Shown: piece after piece, positions 50,161 to 58,172 of the stretch
How positions within the stretch are numbered: the stretch's first letter is position 1
How the letters are laid out: every line of letters starts with the position of its first letter
Source of the DNA: an uncultured archaeon
Lineage (GTDB): Archaea; Asgardarchaeota; Thorarchaeia; Thorarchaeales; Thorarchaeaceae
Reading direction: 5' to 3'
NCBI GenBank assembly: GCA_964610875.1
Contig: CAZSWP010000017.1
Span: 1 to 64,000, forward strand
DNA length: 64,000 nucleotides
Notes under the pieces: generated by a model
Database searches by the model: none
Told to the model about the DNA's origin: nothing
What the model saw: only the letters and a program-made list of their open reading frames with translations
Made by a program: the position numbers and the translations under genes

Positions 50161-50230
50161 TTACTCAGGAAATGTAAGAAAACACTAAAAGCACTCAAGA
50201 TGATTCCAATATCAATAGCGCTCCGCTAGA

Positions 50231-52036
50231 GTGTGGAAAAATATGAATATTATGCTATTCTTACTCGTATCGCTGATTGTCCATGCGATACCTATTCCAT
50301 ATACTCCAGGAATGCTTAGGATAAATCGCTTGATCAAATGGCTTCCATTCAGGTTGTTCTGGGGATTGCTTTCATGGCTCTTCATCTGTTTCTTCGTGGC
50401 CATGACACTACCCTGGGCTTTGATTACTCTTGTAATGAGCTTTGGTATACTCCTGCTCATCACTAGTGGTTTTCGACCCGGAGATGTGGAAGAGATGATT
50501 CAAGGTCTTAGATTACCCTTTGCATGTCTAGGATTCATCATGATTATTCTAGTCCCTGGGTTTACTGGAATCATTACATGGACATCAGATGTAGCAAATG
50601 CACAGACTGTTGATGAGTTAATCACAGTGAGTGAACCGCCCCTTTTCGACAATCCAATCCCTGATAATCAAGTCAGATTAGTCACTGATGCTTATGCATC
50701 ATTTGTCGCAAGGCAACAATTTGCAAGTATTGGATCAAACATAGAGATAGCTGCGACTCATATCACAACGCGGAATAACCGGTTGGTCTGGGTGTGTGTC
50801 GTGGTTTCTACAAATGTGCTGTCAGAGAACTTTCTCAAAGCTTTGATTGTTGTTGATGCAAACGATCCTTCAATGGTCGAGGTCATCGACTTCAGTGAAT
50901 ATGATATGGAAATTCAAGTTGGAGAAGGACTATTCTATGATAGAAATATCCAGTTTGGTAATTACATGGAGGACATGACCAATGCGTATGAATACGCATA
51001 TCCTACATGGGACCCATTAGGTGAGCTCTGCTATATACAGACGCGAACAAACCTCGGATGGGACTTTGTTGAGAGACCTCTTGGTCCTAAAATCTATTTT
51101 GAGAATGGTAGTGTGGTAGCCTACAACACAGTTGAAGAAACCCCTGAATGGGTCACTCAAGCATATAGTGAGGAATGGTTCGAACGTCAGATATATCGTT
51201 GGGGTGGTTACCAAAGAAGTGATGGATTTGACCTCTTTGCAGGCGGATTCCTTTGGATTATCCCACCATCAAATGACCGTCTTGAGATGACTGAAGATAC
51301 ACGATATATCTTGAATCCTGACACCGGGCTTGTTGAAGCATTCCTGGCAGTTCATCCACCTGGAGAAAGCTCAAGCTCTCTATCCCTCAGTGGTATGGTA
51401 AGAGGCACGAAAGATCAGATCTTTTATTATGACCTCAGTGATGCAGGTTTTTCCAGCGGTGAGGCAGCGATAAATGAGGTAATCAAAGCATTTCCCGACC
51501 CGAACACTGGGACCTACTTTGGTGCAATGCCACTCATCTATCCTGTTGTCATTGATTCTACTAGAACCGAGTATGCATGGTATTGTCCAATATATTGGTG
51601 GGATGGTTACTATGATTCAGATGCTGAAGAGTACTATGTTTCAGATATTCGGCTTCATGCTCTAGGGATGGCTTATGCCAAGGATGTATCTACCAATTTC
51701 GTTCTTACCAGACAGGGTGCTGTCACTGGTGCAAATCTAGTGAAAGAAGTACGAGAAGGATTCGTAGAAGAAATGGGTGGAGTTATAGAAGACACAACAG
51801 ACACATTTGAGATTACAGCAGATGTTGTGGGAGCAAGCTCCTATGTATATGATGGAGATACTCATATCGTACTTGAAACGAACAATGCATCATATCAATA
51901 CCTAGAGGGATCTCTAGCTTGGATGAATCAGACTGATTGGTATGTGTTACTTGGTCTTGAGGACGGCGATAATTTCACTGCAACAGTGAAATTTGTTGGT
52001 GACCAATATAGAATAGTCGCTATCACTAAGAACTAG
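50231..52036 (+). CDS. Hypothetical membrane protein with large extracellular domain
   Basis: Several N-terminal TM helices then a ~480-aa acidic, aromatic-rich domain. Confidence 0.75.
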   Translation: MWKNMNIMLFLLVSLIVHAIPIPYTPGMLRINRLIKWLPFRLFWGLLSWLFICFFVAMTLPWALITLVMSFGILLLITSGFRPGDVEEMIQGLRLPFACLGFIMIILVPGFTGIITWTSDVANAQTVDELITVSEPPLFDNPIPDNQVRLVTDAYASFVARQQFASIGSNIEIAATHITTRNNRLVWVCVVVSTNVLSENFLKALIVVDANDPSMVEVIDFSEYDMEIQVGEGLFYDRNIQFGNYMEDMTNAYEYAYPTWDPLGELCYIQTRTNLGWDFVERPLGPKIYFENGSVVAYNTVEETPEWVTQAYSEEWFERQIYRWGGYQRSDGFDLFAGGFLWIIPPSNDRLEMTEDTRYILNPDTGLVEAFLAVHPPGESSSSLSLSGMVRGTKDQIFYYDLSDAGFSSGEAAINEVIKAFPDPNTGTYFGAMPLIYPVVIDSTRTEYAWYCPIYWWDGYYDSDAEEYYVSDIRLHALGMAYAKDVSTNFVLTRQGAVTGANLVKEVREGFVEEMGGVIEDTTDTFEITADVVGASSYVYDGDTHIVLETNNASYQYLEGSLAWMNQTDWYVLLGLEDGDNFTATVKFVGDQYRIVAITKN

Positions 52037-52040
52037 TAAA

Positions 52041-52063
52041 GGGGGTATCCTACCCCCACTTTT
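52041..52063 (+). terminator. Hairpin plus T-tract between convergent genes
   Basis: GGGGGTA-TCC-TACCCCC then TTTT. Confidence 0.6.
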
Positions 52064-52094
52064 CTTATTTTCCAAACATCTGTCTAGAGAAGAT

Positions 52095-52649
52095 TCAGGA
52101 TTTTCCAGTCATTTTTGCTTTCAGTGCACTGTACTTGCTTTTGACCATGCTCCACACTTTCTGACGCCGTGACACGAAAGCATTTGTATGAATTGGGCAA
52201 CGGTCACCAAGCGGGCATTCATCTGAAAATCCACCATGTTCCTCAAGTGCTTTCACAAGGGCATTTTGAAGAAGTTCCTCTTCAAAATCGTTCATCACAT
52301 CGCTTGTTATATGAATCCATTCGATTTCCTTGAACCTGTCCTGTTCAAGCACAGCAGATACTGCTTTGAATACTTTTTCGGCAACCTCAGGATTGTCCTC
52401 CCCCAGTCCGACAACAACGCTGTGACCAGTTGGGGTGGTTTTTGAGAACCGCATCTGAGTTGGTCCCATCTTTATTGACTCTAGAGAAAGCCCATCCCCA
52501 ATTGTCGGAGGGATAGTTTCTATTGCAGAGAGAAAACCTGATAGTAATTCAGGATTCTTGAATGCAGTTTTACAAAACATTCCATAGCATTTGCTGTAAA
52601 TAGGCAAGCCAGCTTCAGTATAGACCATGAGATATTCAAGGATTGGCAT
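52095..52649 (-). CDS. Longin-like domain protein with C-terminal Cys/His motif
   Basis: YLMVYTEAGLPIYS and LLSGFLSAI longin-type motifs; CPLGDRCPIH. Confidence 0.7.
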   Translation of the reverse strand: MPILEYLMVYTEAGLPIYSKCYGMFCKTAFKNPELLSGFLSAIETIPPTIGDGLSLESIKMGPTQMRFSKTTPTGHSVVVGLGEDNPEVAEKVFKAVSAVLEQDRFKEIEWIHITSDVMNDFEEELLQNALVKALEEHGGFSDECPLGDRCPIHTNAFVSRRQKVWSMVKSKYSALKAKMTGKS

Positions 52650-52756
52650 GGTTTGACTCTCCAGTAATCAACCCCCAGTACTCAATATATATTGATATAA
52701 TTTGCGTAATTCTAAGAAAATGGAGAAATATGGGAGAAAACCCCCAATTTCTCAGT

Positions 52757-53920
52757 TTATAGCATTTGTTTGAACACTTCACGTTGTATCAAGAAACGTA
52801 ATATCTCAGCAGTGCCGCCACCAATTGTCATTAGACGCGCATCTCTCAGGAAGCGCTCTACCGGATAATCAGTGGTATACCCCATTCCTCCAAGTATCTG
52901 GAGAGCATCATTAGTTATCTGTATGGCAGCTTCGGTTGTGAATAGCTTTGCCATAGCGCCCTCCTTAGTGATTTTCTGGCCTTTATCATACATCCTAGCA
53001 GCTGTAAGTGTCAGAGCTCGTCCTGCTTCTAGCTTTGTGGCCATATCAGCTATCTTAAAGCTCACACCTTCAAAGGCTCTAATTGGACGACCAAATTGAT
53101 GTCGTTCATTGGAATACTTCACCGCTACTTCATATGGTGTGCGGCCATAACCAATTGCCTCTGCAGCAATTGCAGTCCTCTCACTATCAAGCTCATCCAT
53201 AAGAATTGGGAATCCTTGTCCTGGTTCACCGAGAAGCTGTCCAGGTTTGACACGCACATTATCGAGTTTCAGCCATGATACTCTTGCTGATTTCATTCCT
53301 AAGAGTTCGTGATCCTGAACCACGCTGAAACCATCAGATTTTGTATCAACTATGAATGCGCTCATTCCATCCTTAGATTTCACACTTGGATCAGTTATCG
53401 CGAATGCACACATGAAATCTGCTTGGCTACCATTCGTGATGAATCGCTTCTCTCCATTGAGAATCCACTCATCACCATCTTTCTCAGCTGTTGTCTTCAT
53501 TCCAGCTGTATCAGAACCCACTTCAGGCTCAGTGATACCAATACAGCCAATATTGTCACCTTTGATGATAGGTTCTAGGTACTTTTTCTTCTGTTCACTG
53601 GTTCCAAAGACACTGATAGGCATTCCATAGAGTGTAGTTGATGCCATCCTGGCCATATCGAGACCACCATTTGCTGCAGAAATCTCTTCAGCAACAATGA
53701 TTTCATACGAAAGCCCACGAGCAGTGCCCCCTACTTCTTTCTCATGGTGCACACCCATATATCCCGCTTGACCTATCTTCCTGAGCAGTTCCCTAGGATA
53801 AGGGCCCTTGTCAATGTCATCGGAAATAGGATAGATCTCTTTGTCACAGAACTCTCGAATTTCTTTTCGGAATTCGATTTCTTCTTCGGTCCACAGAATC
53901 GAACTGAGATAGTCAACCAT
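52757..53920 (-). CDS. Acyl-CoA dehydrogenase
   Basis: ITEPEVGSD, LNGEKRFITNG, RHQFGRPI, LQILGGMGY, RDARLMTIGGGT. Confidence 0.95.
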   Translation of the reverse strand: MVDYLSSILWTEEEIEFRKEIREFCDKEIYPISDDIDKGPYPRELLRKIGQAGYMGVHHEKEVGGTARGLSYEIIVAEEISAANGGLDMARMASTTLYGMPISVFGTSEQKKKYLEPIIKGDNIGCIGITEPEVGSDTAGMKTTAEKDGDEWILNGEKRFITNGSQADFMCAFAITDPSVKSKDGMSAFIVDTKSDGFSVVQDHELLGMKSARVSWLKLDNVRVKPGQLLGEPGQGFPILMDELDSERTAIAAEAIGYGRTPYEVAVKYSNERHQFGRPIRAFEGVSFKIADMATKLEAGRALTLTAARMYDKGQKITKEGAMAKLFTTEAAIQITNDALQILGGMGYTTDYPVERFLRDARLMTIGGGTAEILRFLIQREVFKQML

Positions 53921-53987
53921 TGTCTAAACCTACCCGCCGCAGGAATTATTCCCTTAAATCAGTAACGAGCGAGGAAATATACTAGAT

Positions 53988-54323
53988 TCAATTAATTTGC
54001 TGAACTATCAAGCGCTTAGAGGAATCATATCCTATTGTTACGCGACTGTCAACTTTGATTGATTCAATAAGCTCGGGAGCCACATGACATAGTGCTTGTA
54101 GTCCTTCATCCAGTTCTACCAGTGCAAGGAAAACATGTGACTCAAAACCTTCAGGAGGTCTATGAAGAGTAGTATGACTCTTTATAGTACCAATTGGTTT
54201 CATTAGAATCAATTCAGTCTTTTCTTTTGTGTCAGGACAAAATGGACAAGTTTCCCGAGGGGGGATTACATTTCTCCCACAGAATCTACAATGAGATGCT
54301 TCTATTCCATCAGAAACCAACAC
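53988..54323 (-). CDS. DUF35 Zn-ribbon/OB-fold protein
   Basis: CRFCG...PPRETCPFC, GTIKSHT, ALVELDEG. Confidence 0.85.
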   Translation of the reverse strand: MLVSDGIEASHCRFCGRNVIPPRETCPFCPDTKEKTELILMKPIGTIKSHTTLHRPPEGFESHVFLALVELDEGLQALCHVAPELIESIKVDSRVTIGYDSSKRLIVQQIN

Positions 54324-54369
54324 AGCGACCTTCCCATATCTTACACCAATAATGAGAAGAGAATCTGTA

Positions 54370-54708
54370 TTAACCCTTTTTCGTTTTCAAGGTGCGAACG
54401 ACAGTTTTCATATGTTTCTTAATGAATTTCATAAACTTGATATCCTCAGTCAGATGAAGCTGAGTTCCATTGGAAAGAGAATTGATATCTCCATCAATCT
54501 CAATGGCTTCACCAAGGTCAATAATATCCTGTTTGAATATCCCCTCTATTGCATGAGGAGAGAATCCTTCTTTCTTGTAAACTGGGAAAATCTGTCCTTT
54601 TGTCGCACTACCACCCATCTTTACAAGTGATAGAACCATTAGCCAATGATGCCAAGCTAACGTATAGTTCTCAAGAAATCTCATTACTTCATCAAGCGAC
54701 TTTGTCAT
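54370..54708 (-). CDS. Hypothetical protein, possible winged-helix fold
   Basis: LSLVKMGGSATKGQI pattern; last gene of a tight operon. Confidence 0.7.
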   Translation of the reverse strand: MTKSLDEVMRFLENYTLAWHHWLMVLSLVKMGGSATKGQIFPVYKKEGFSPHAIEGIFKQDIIDLGEAIEIDGDINSLSNGTQLHLTEDIKFMKFIKKHMKTVVRTLKTKKG

Positions 54709-54722
54709 TTGTATTATCCACC

Positions 54723-56114
54723 CTAATCTGTATCATTGTTTTCTTCTGCTTGACCTGTTTCTTCATCTTCTGTACTAGTATCTACTTGTTCTGTTACTTC
54801 TTTAATTGCTTCTTCATCCATACCCGCAAGATTCTTTGCCACTTCTGAAAGGTTCATGGGTCGGATTTTGTCATCCTGAATCTCAACCAGACCTGCATCA
54901 ATGAATTTCTGTAGTTGTCGCTTTAATAACACCATAGGAACACCTAGAGCTGACGATAGGTGTTGTATGGGGAACCAATGCGTCTTCCCAGCAACTACAA
55001 AATACGCTTTGAATGCGGGTTCATCCTCTGCGACTTGGTAAAGCATTTCCCAACGGGCTTGCATTTCTGCAACATCTGCTTTTGCTGACCCAAATTCCTC
55101 TTCTAATGATGTAATTTCACCTTCCAAATTTGCAATTCTGGAAGAATAGGTTATATTTTCAGATTCTATTGTTTGAATTCGTCCTTTAGATTTCGCAAGC
55201 TCATCTTGAAGAGATTGGATATACTTCTCTTTTTGAAGCGTTATCTCTTCCAATTCACTGATTCTTCCTCTTGCTTCAGCAAGCTCAGTTGATTTATGTT
55301 CGAATTCTTCCACTAAATCAGCAGCAGTATCTAGTTTTTCAATCAAGTTTCTCTGTTGTTCAATCTGAGATTGAGCTTGACTCAATTCGCCTTTGGTAGC
55401 GGATAGTTCATCGTTTCGTTCAGAAACAGTTTTTTTCGCTTCTGCAAGAGAAGTTTTTAGGTCATCAATTTCTTCCTGTAATTGAACCATTGAAACATTC
55501 TTTTGCTGAACTTGAGTTTCTAGCTCTTTTGCCTTGCTCCTCCATTTTCTTGCCTCAGCCTGTGCAAGTTCGAGATTTTTTTCGGTTTCATTAATCGAAG
55601 CATAAAGTCGCAGTAATCTCTCTTGAAGAGAACCTGTTGATTTACCGATTGTCTTGGCAGTACCCCGACTAGCTTTAGTGAGAACATCTTCAACTTGTTC
55701 TTTTGCATCCGAAATGGCTTCTTGAATAATTTTGAGAATCTTCTCTATGGAAAGATTTTGTTTTAGCTCCTGATTCACAATGGATACAGCACGATTAGCA
55801 AAGACGCCCAGACCAGCTCCCTTCAGTTTTTCACTTAGCCTTTGTGAGATCCCTTCCAATTGCTTTTCAATTTCTGGTTCAGTGTTACTTAGACTATCTT
55901 CAATATTGGAGAGAATATCATCCATACGAACTTTGATTCTCTCAAAGGTTTCATCGACTTGTGACATGCCTTGGTCCGAGAAGGAGGTTTCCCCTGGTTT
56001 TTCATCCTCTAAAGGAACACCTTCTTGAATTGCTTGTTCCATAAGGATACGAGTCTTTTCTTCAATATCCTCTGGACTTTCCTCTTCAGGTTGGTCCTCC
56101 TTTCGACCTGACAC
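54723..56114 (-). CDS. Long coiled-coil protein with C-terminal winged helix
   Basis: ~200 aa of heptad coiled coil; IQHLSSALGVPMVLLKRQLQKFIDAGLVEI. Confidence 0.8.
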   Translation of the reverse strand: MSGRKEDQPEEESPEDIEEKTRILMEQAIQEGVPLEDEKPGETSFSDQGMSQVDETFERIKVRMDDILSNIEDSLSNTEPEIEKQLEGISQRLSEKLKGAGLGVFANRAVSIVNQELKQNLSIEKILKIIQEAISDAKEQVEDVLTKASRGTAKTIGKSTGSLQERLLRLYASINETEKNLELAQAEARKWRSKAKELETQVQQKNVSMVQLQEEIDDLKTSLAEAKKTVSERNDELSATKGELSQAQSQIEQQRNLIEKLDTAADLVEEFEHKSTELAEARGRISELEEITLQKEKYIQSLQDELAKSKGRIQTIESENITYSSRIANLEGEITSLEEEFGSAKADVAEMQARWEMLYQVAEDEPAFKAYFVVAGKTHWFPIQHLSSALGVPMVLLKRQLQKFIDAGLVEIQDDKIRPMNLSEVAKNLAGMDEEAIKEVTEQVDTSTEDEETGQAEENNDTD

Positions 56115-56125
56115 CTATGTGCACC

Positions 56126-56503
56126 TCAGTGCAAAATTCCACGATATCCCATAGATGTAAGTTTTGCAGCTGTTTCCTTCAACTCTTCAGAAACAGTTGC
56201 TGCTTCCTGAATTCTAGACATCAATTCTTTGCGGAATTCAATTGCTGTCAGTTCACCTTTGTCAAGCCGTTCTGTAAGAGCACTGCGTTCATCCTGAAGT
56301 TTTTCTCGTCGTTTTTGAAGTCGCTCATAGTCCGCAACTAATTTCACCAACTCACCCTGTGTCTCCGGATCAAGTTCATCCACATCAGGAGGTGTTATAC
56401 CTTTCTCAGGCATCGGGGTAGATGGCGTCATAATTTCACGTGCTTTCACAGTAGTTCGTGATTTCTTTTTCTTTCGTCTTCTCCAACTGTCAAATAGACC
56501 CAT
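56126..56503 (-). CDS. Small coiled-coil protein
   Basis: MGLFDSWRRRKKKK N-terminus, helical hairpin C-terminus; GGTGGAG SD-like motif upstream. Confidence 0.75.
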   Translation of the reverse strand: MGLFDSWRRRKKKKSRTTVKAREIMTPSTPMPEKGITPPDVDELDPETQGELVKLVADYERLQKRREKLQDERSALTERLDKGELTAIEFRKELMSRIQEAATVSEELKETAAKLTSMGYRGILH

Positions 56504-56515
56504 TGTTCTCCACCT

Positions 56516-57082
56516 TTACATGTTTTCGATTTTTTCTTGTATCTCTTTCAATTGAATTTCAAATTCCTTGCGCATTTCAGAGGCGACTCTCGCTTTATCG
56601 GCATATTCATCTGCACCAGCAGGGTCATTTAACTCCATTTCAGCAAGTTCATTCTCTTTTTCAAAAAGACGCGCAATCTTTGTCCGAATTTCATCAGCTT
56701 CTCTGAGTAATTCGTCCTTTGAAGCATCATGCGATGGTTCAATATCCTCTGAGGGTGTTTCCTCCCTTTCAATGATTACTTCATCATCTGATGTATCCTC
56801 AGCTGATTCTTTGTAGGACCTAAGACGGACAGATATACCCTGCTCCAATTCTTTCTCCAGTTTTTCCATTCGGCTTACAATATCATCCATCTTGGATTCA
56901 AATCGTTTTATCGTGACTGTCTGTCTATCAATAGTTTTGAATAACTCATTAGCAAAATCCTCAAAGTTAAGGCCATACTTGAAACTATCAAGGGTTTCTT
57001 TCATCTTCCCAATTTCTGTGATTAATCTGCGGCGTTCTTCTTCATTAACAATAGACTTGGATTCATCACTGTGTTCACTCAA
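56516..57082 (-). CDS. Coiled-coil protein
   Basis: Heptad-rich acidic protein; TTG start at 57082 after a GAGGTG SD-like motif avoids overlap. Confidence 0.75.
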   Translation of the reverse strand: MSEHSDESKSIVNEEERRRLITEIGKMKETLDSFKYGLNFEDFANELFKTIDRQTVTIKRFESKMDDIVSRMEKLEKELEQGISVRLRSYKESAEDTSDDEVIIEREETPSEDIEPSHDASKDELLREADEIRTKIARLFEKENELAEMELNDPAGADEYADKARVASEMRKEFEIQLKEIQEKIENM

Positions 57083-57083
57083 T

Positions 57084-57965
57084 CTACTCCACCTCAATAT
57101 CTCCCACAATTCTAAAATCAATTGTTTCGAAAGCCAAAGCTTTCAGTAATTTCAACCATCTATCCCGGAAATCTCGCTGGTTTGCTTGCATGCCATAAGC
57201 AGGTACATCAAGTCGTTTTCCAACCTCTTGGGGTGATAAAGCACCCTTCAAGTCCTGTTTATTTGCGATAGCAATTGCTCTCGCATAGGGTAATTCCTGT
57301 TTCAATACAGGATATGCCACACGTTTGGTCCATGCTAGATTTTCCTTTGTTGAATCTGCAACAATTACCACCATACTCCCAGCACGGATAATTTTTCCCC
57401 ATTCTTGGACAAACCTATCCTGACCACCAAGGTCGAATATACTGAAAACATACGGATCAAAATCTGCTTTCAATAGCGATTTGTCACCAAAGAATGTAGG
57501 CACATATTCTTGAGGAGGTCCCTGTGATGGTAATGTCGCCAGTTCAAGCAAGGTTGTTTTTCCAGTACCGCCATGCCCTGCAAGGCATAACTTGACTGGA
57601 ATTCTTCCTACAATGTTCCTGAAACCTGTCTTGAAAGGTGAGAAATCTGTTGATTTCCATTCATTAGATTCTAATGTACTCTCAAATGCTGTCATGAATT
57701 TTGATACTAGATTCATTATTGCTTCTTCTACTTTGGACAATGAAGCTTGACGATCCATGGTTACAATAAATTGTGTATCATGGCTGTTCATGTAGACATA
57801 TCTGAACCGTTCGATTTCCATGGAATCAATTTTCCATTCTTGAAGTTTCTTTGCAGAAGATGATACGAGCATCATGACAGCACTGCCATCAAGATCATTA
57901 TTGGGTACAATGATATCTTGAAAGAGAACTTGTCCGTCTTTAAACACATTGATCTCTCGGAGCAT
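57084..57965 (-). CDS. Longin-like domain fused to Arf-like small GTPase
   Basis: N-terminal MLREINVFKDGQVLF...FRYVY...TQFIVTMD; G1 GHGGTGKT, G2 PT, G3 DLGGQ, G4 NKQD. Confidence 0.88.
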   Translation of the reverse strand: MLREINVFKDGQVLFQDIIVPNNDLDGSAVMMLVSSSAKKLQEWKIDSMEIERFRYVYMNSHDTQFIVTMDRQASLSKVEEAIMNLVSKFMTAFESTLESNEWKSTDFSPFKTGFRNIVGRIPVKLCLAGHGGTGKTTLLELATLPSQGPPQEYVPTFFGDKSLLKADFDPYVFSIFDLGGQDRFVQEWGKIIRAGSMVVIVADSTKENLAWTKRVAYPVLKQELPYARAIAIANKQDLKGALSPQEVGKRLDVPAYGMQANQRDFRDRWLKLLKALAFETIDFRIVGDIEVE

Positions 57966-58124
57966 TATCTAAACACCTTCATGGCCAGCAACATAATCGG
58001 AACTAACGCATAATGTATGTGAATTGTTTTCATAATAGACTATTGTGTTTGGAATGTGCTCACTAGTATCATTTGATGTTTTATTTGGGAGTTGATACTT
58101 AACACACATTCTGAACACATTCCT

Positions 58125-58158
58125 TAAAGAAATAAATAAGGGAGGATTGAAATCCTCC
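58125..58158 (-). terminator. Hairpin plus T-rich tract after the giant surface protein
   Basis: GGAGGATT-GA-AATCCTCC (58141-58158), then CTTATTTATTTCTTT on the minus strand. Confidence 0.6.
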
Positions 58159-58172
58159 AATATTCTCCAAGT

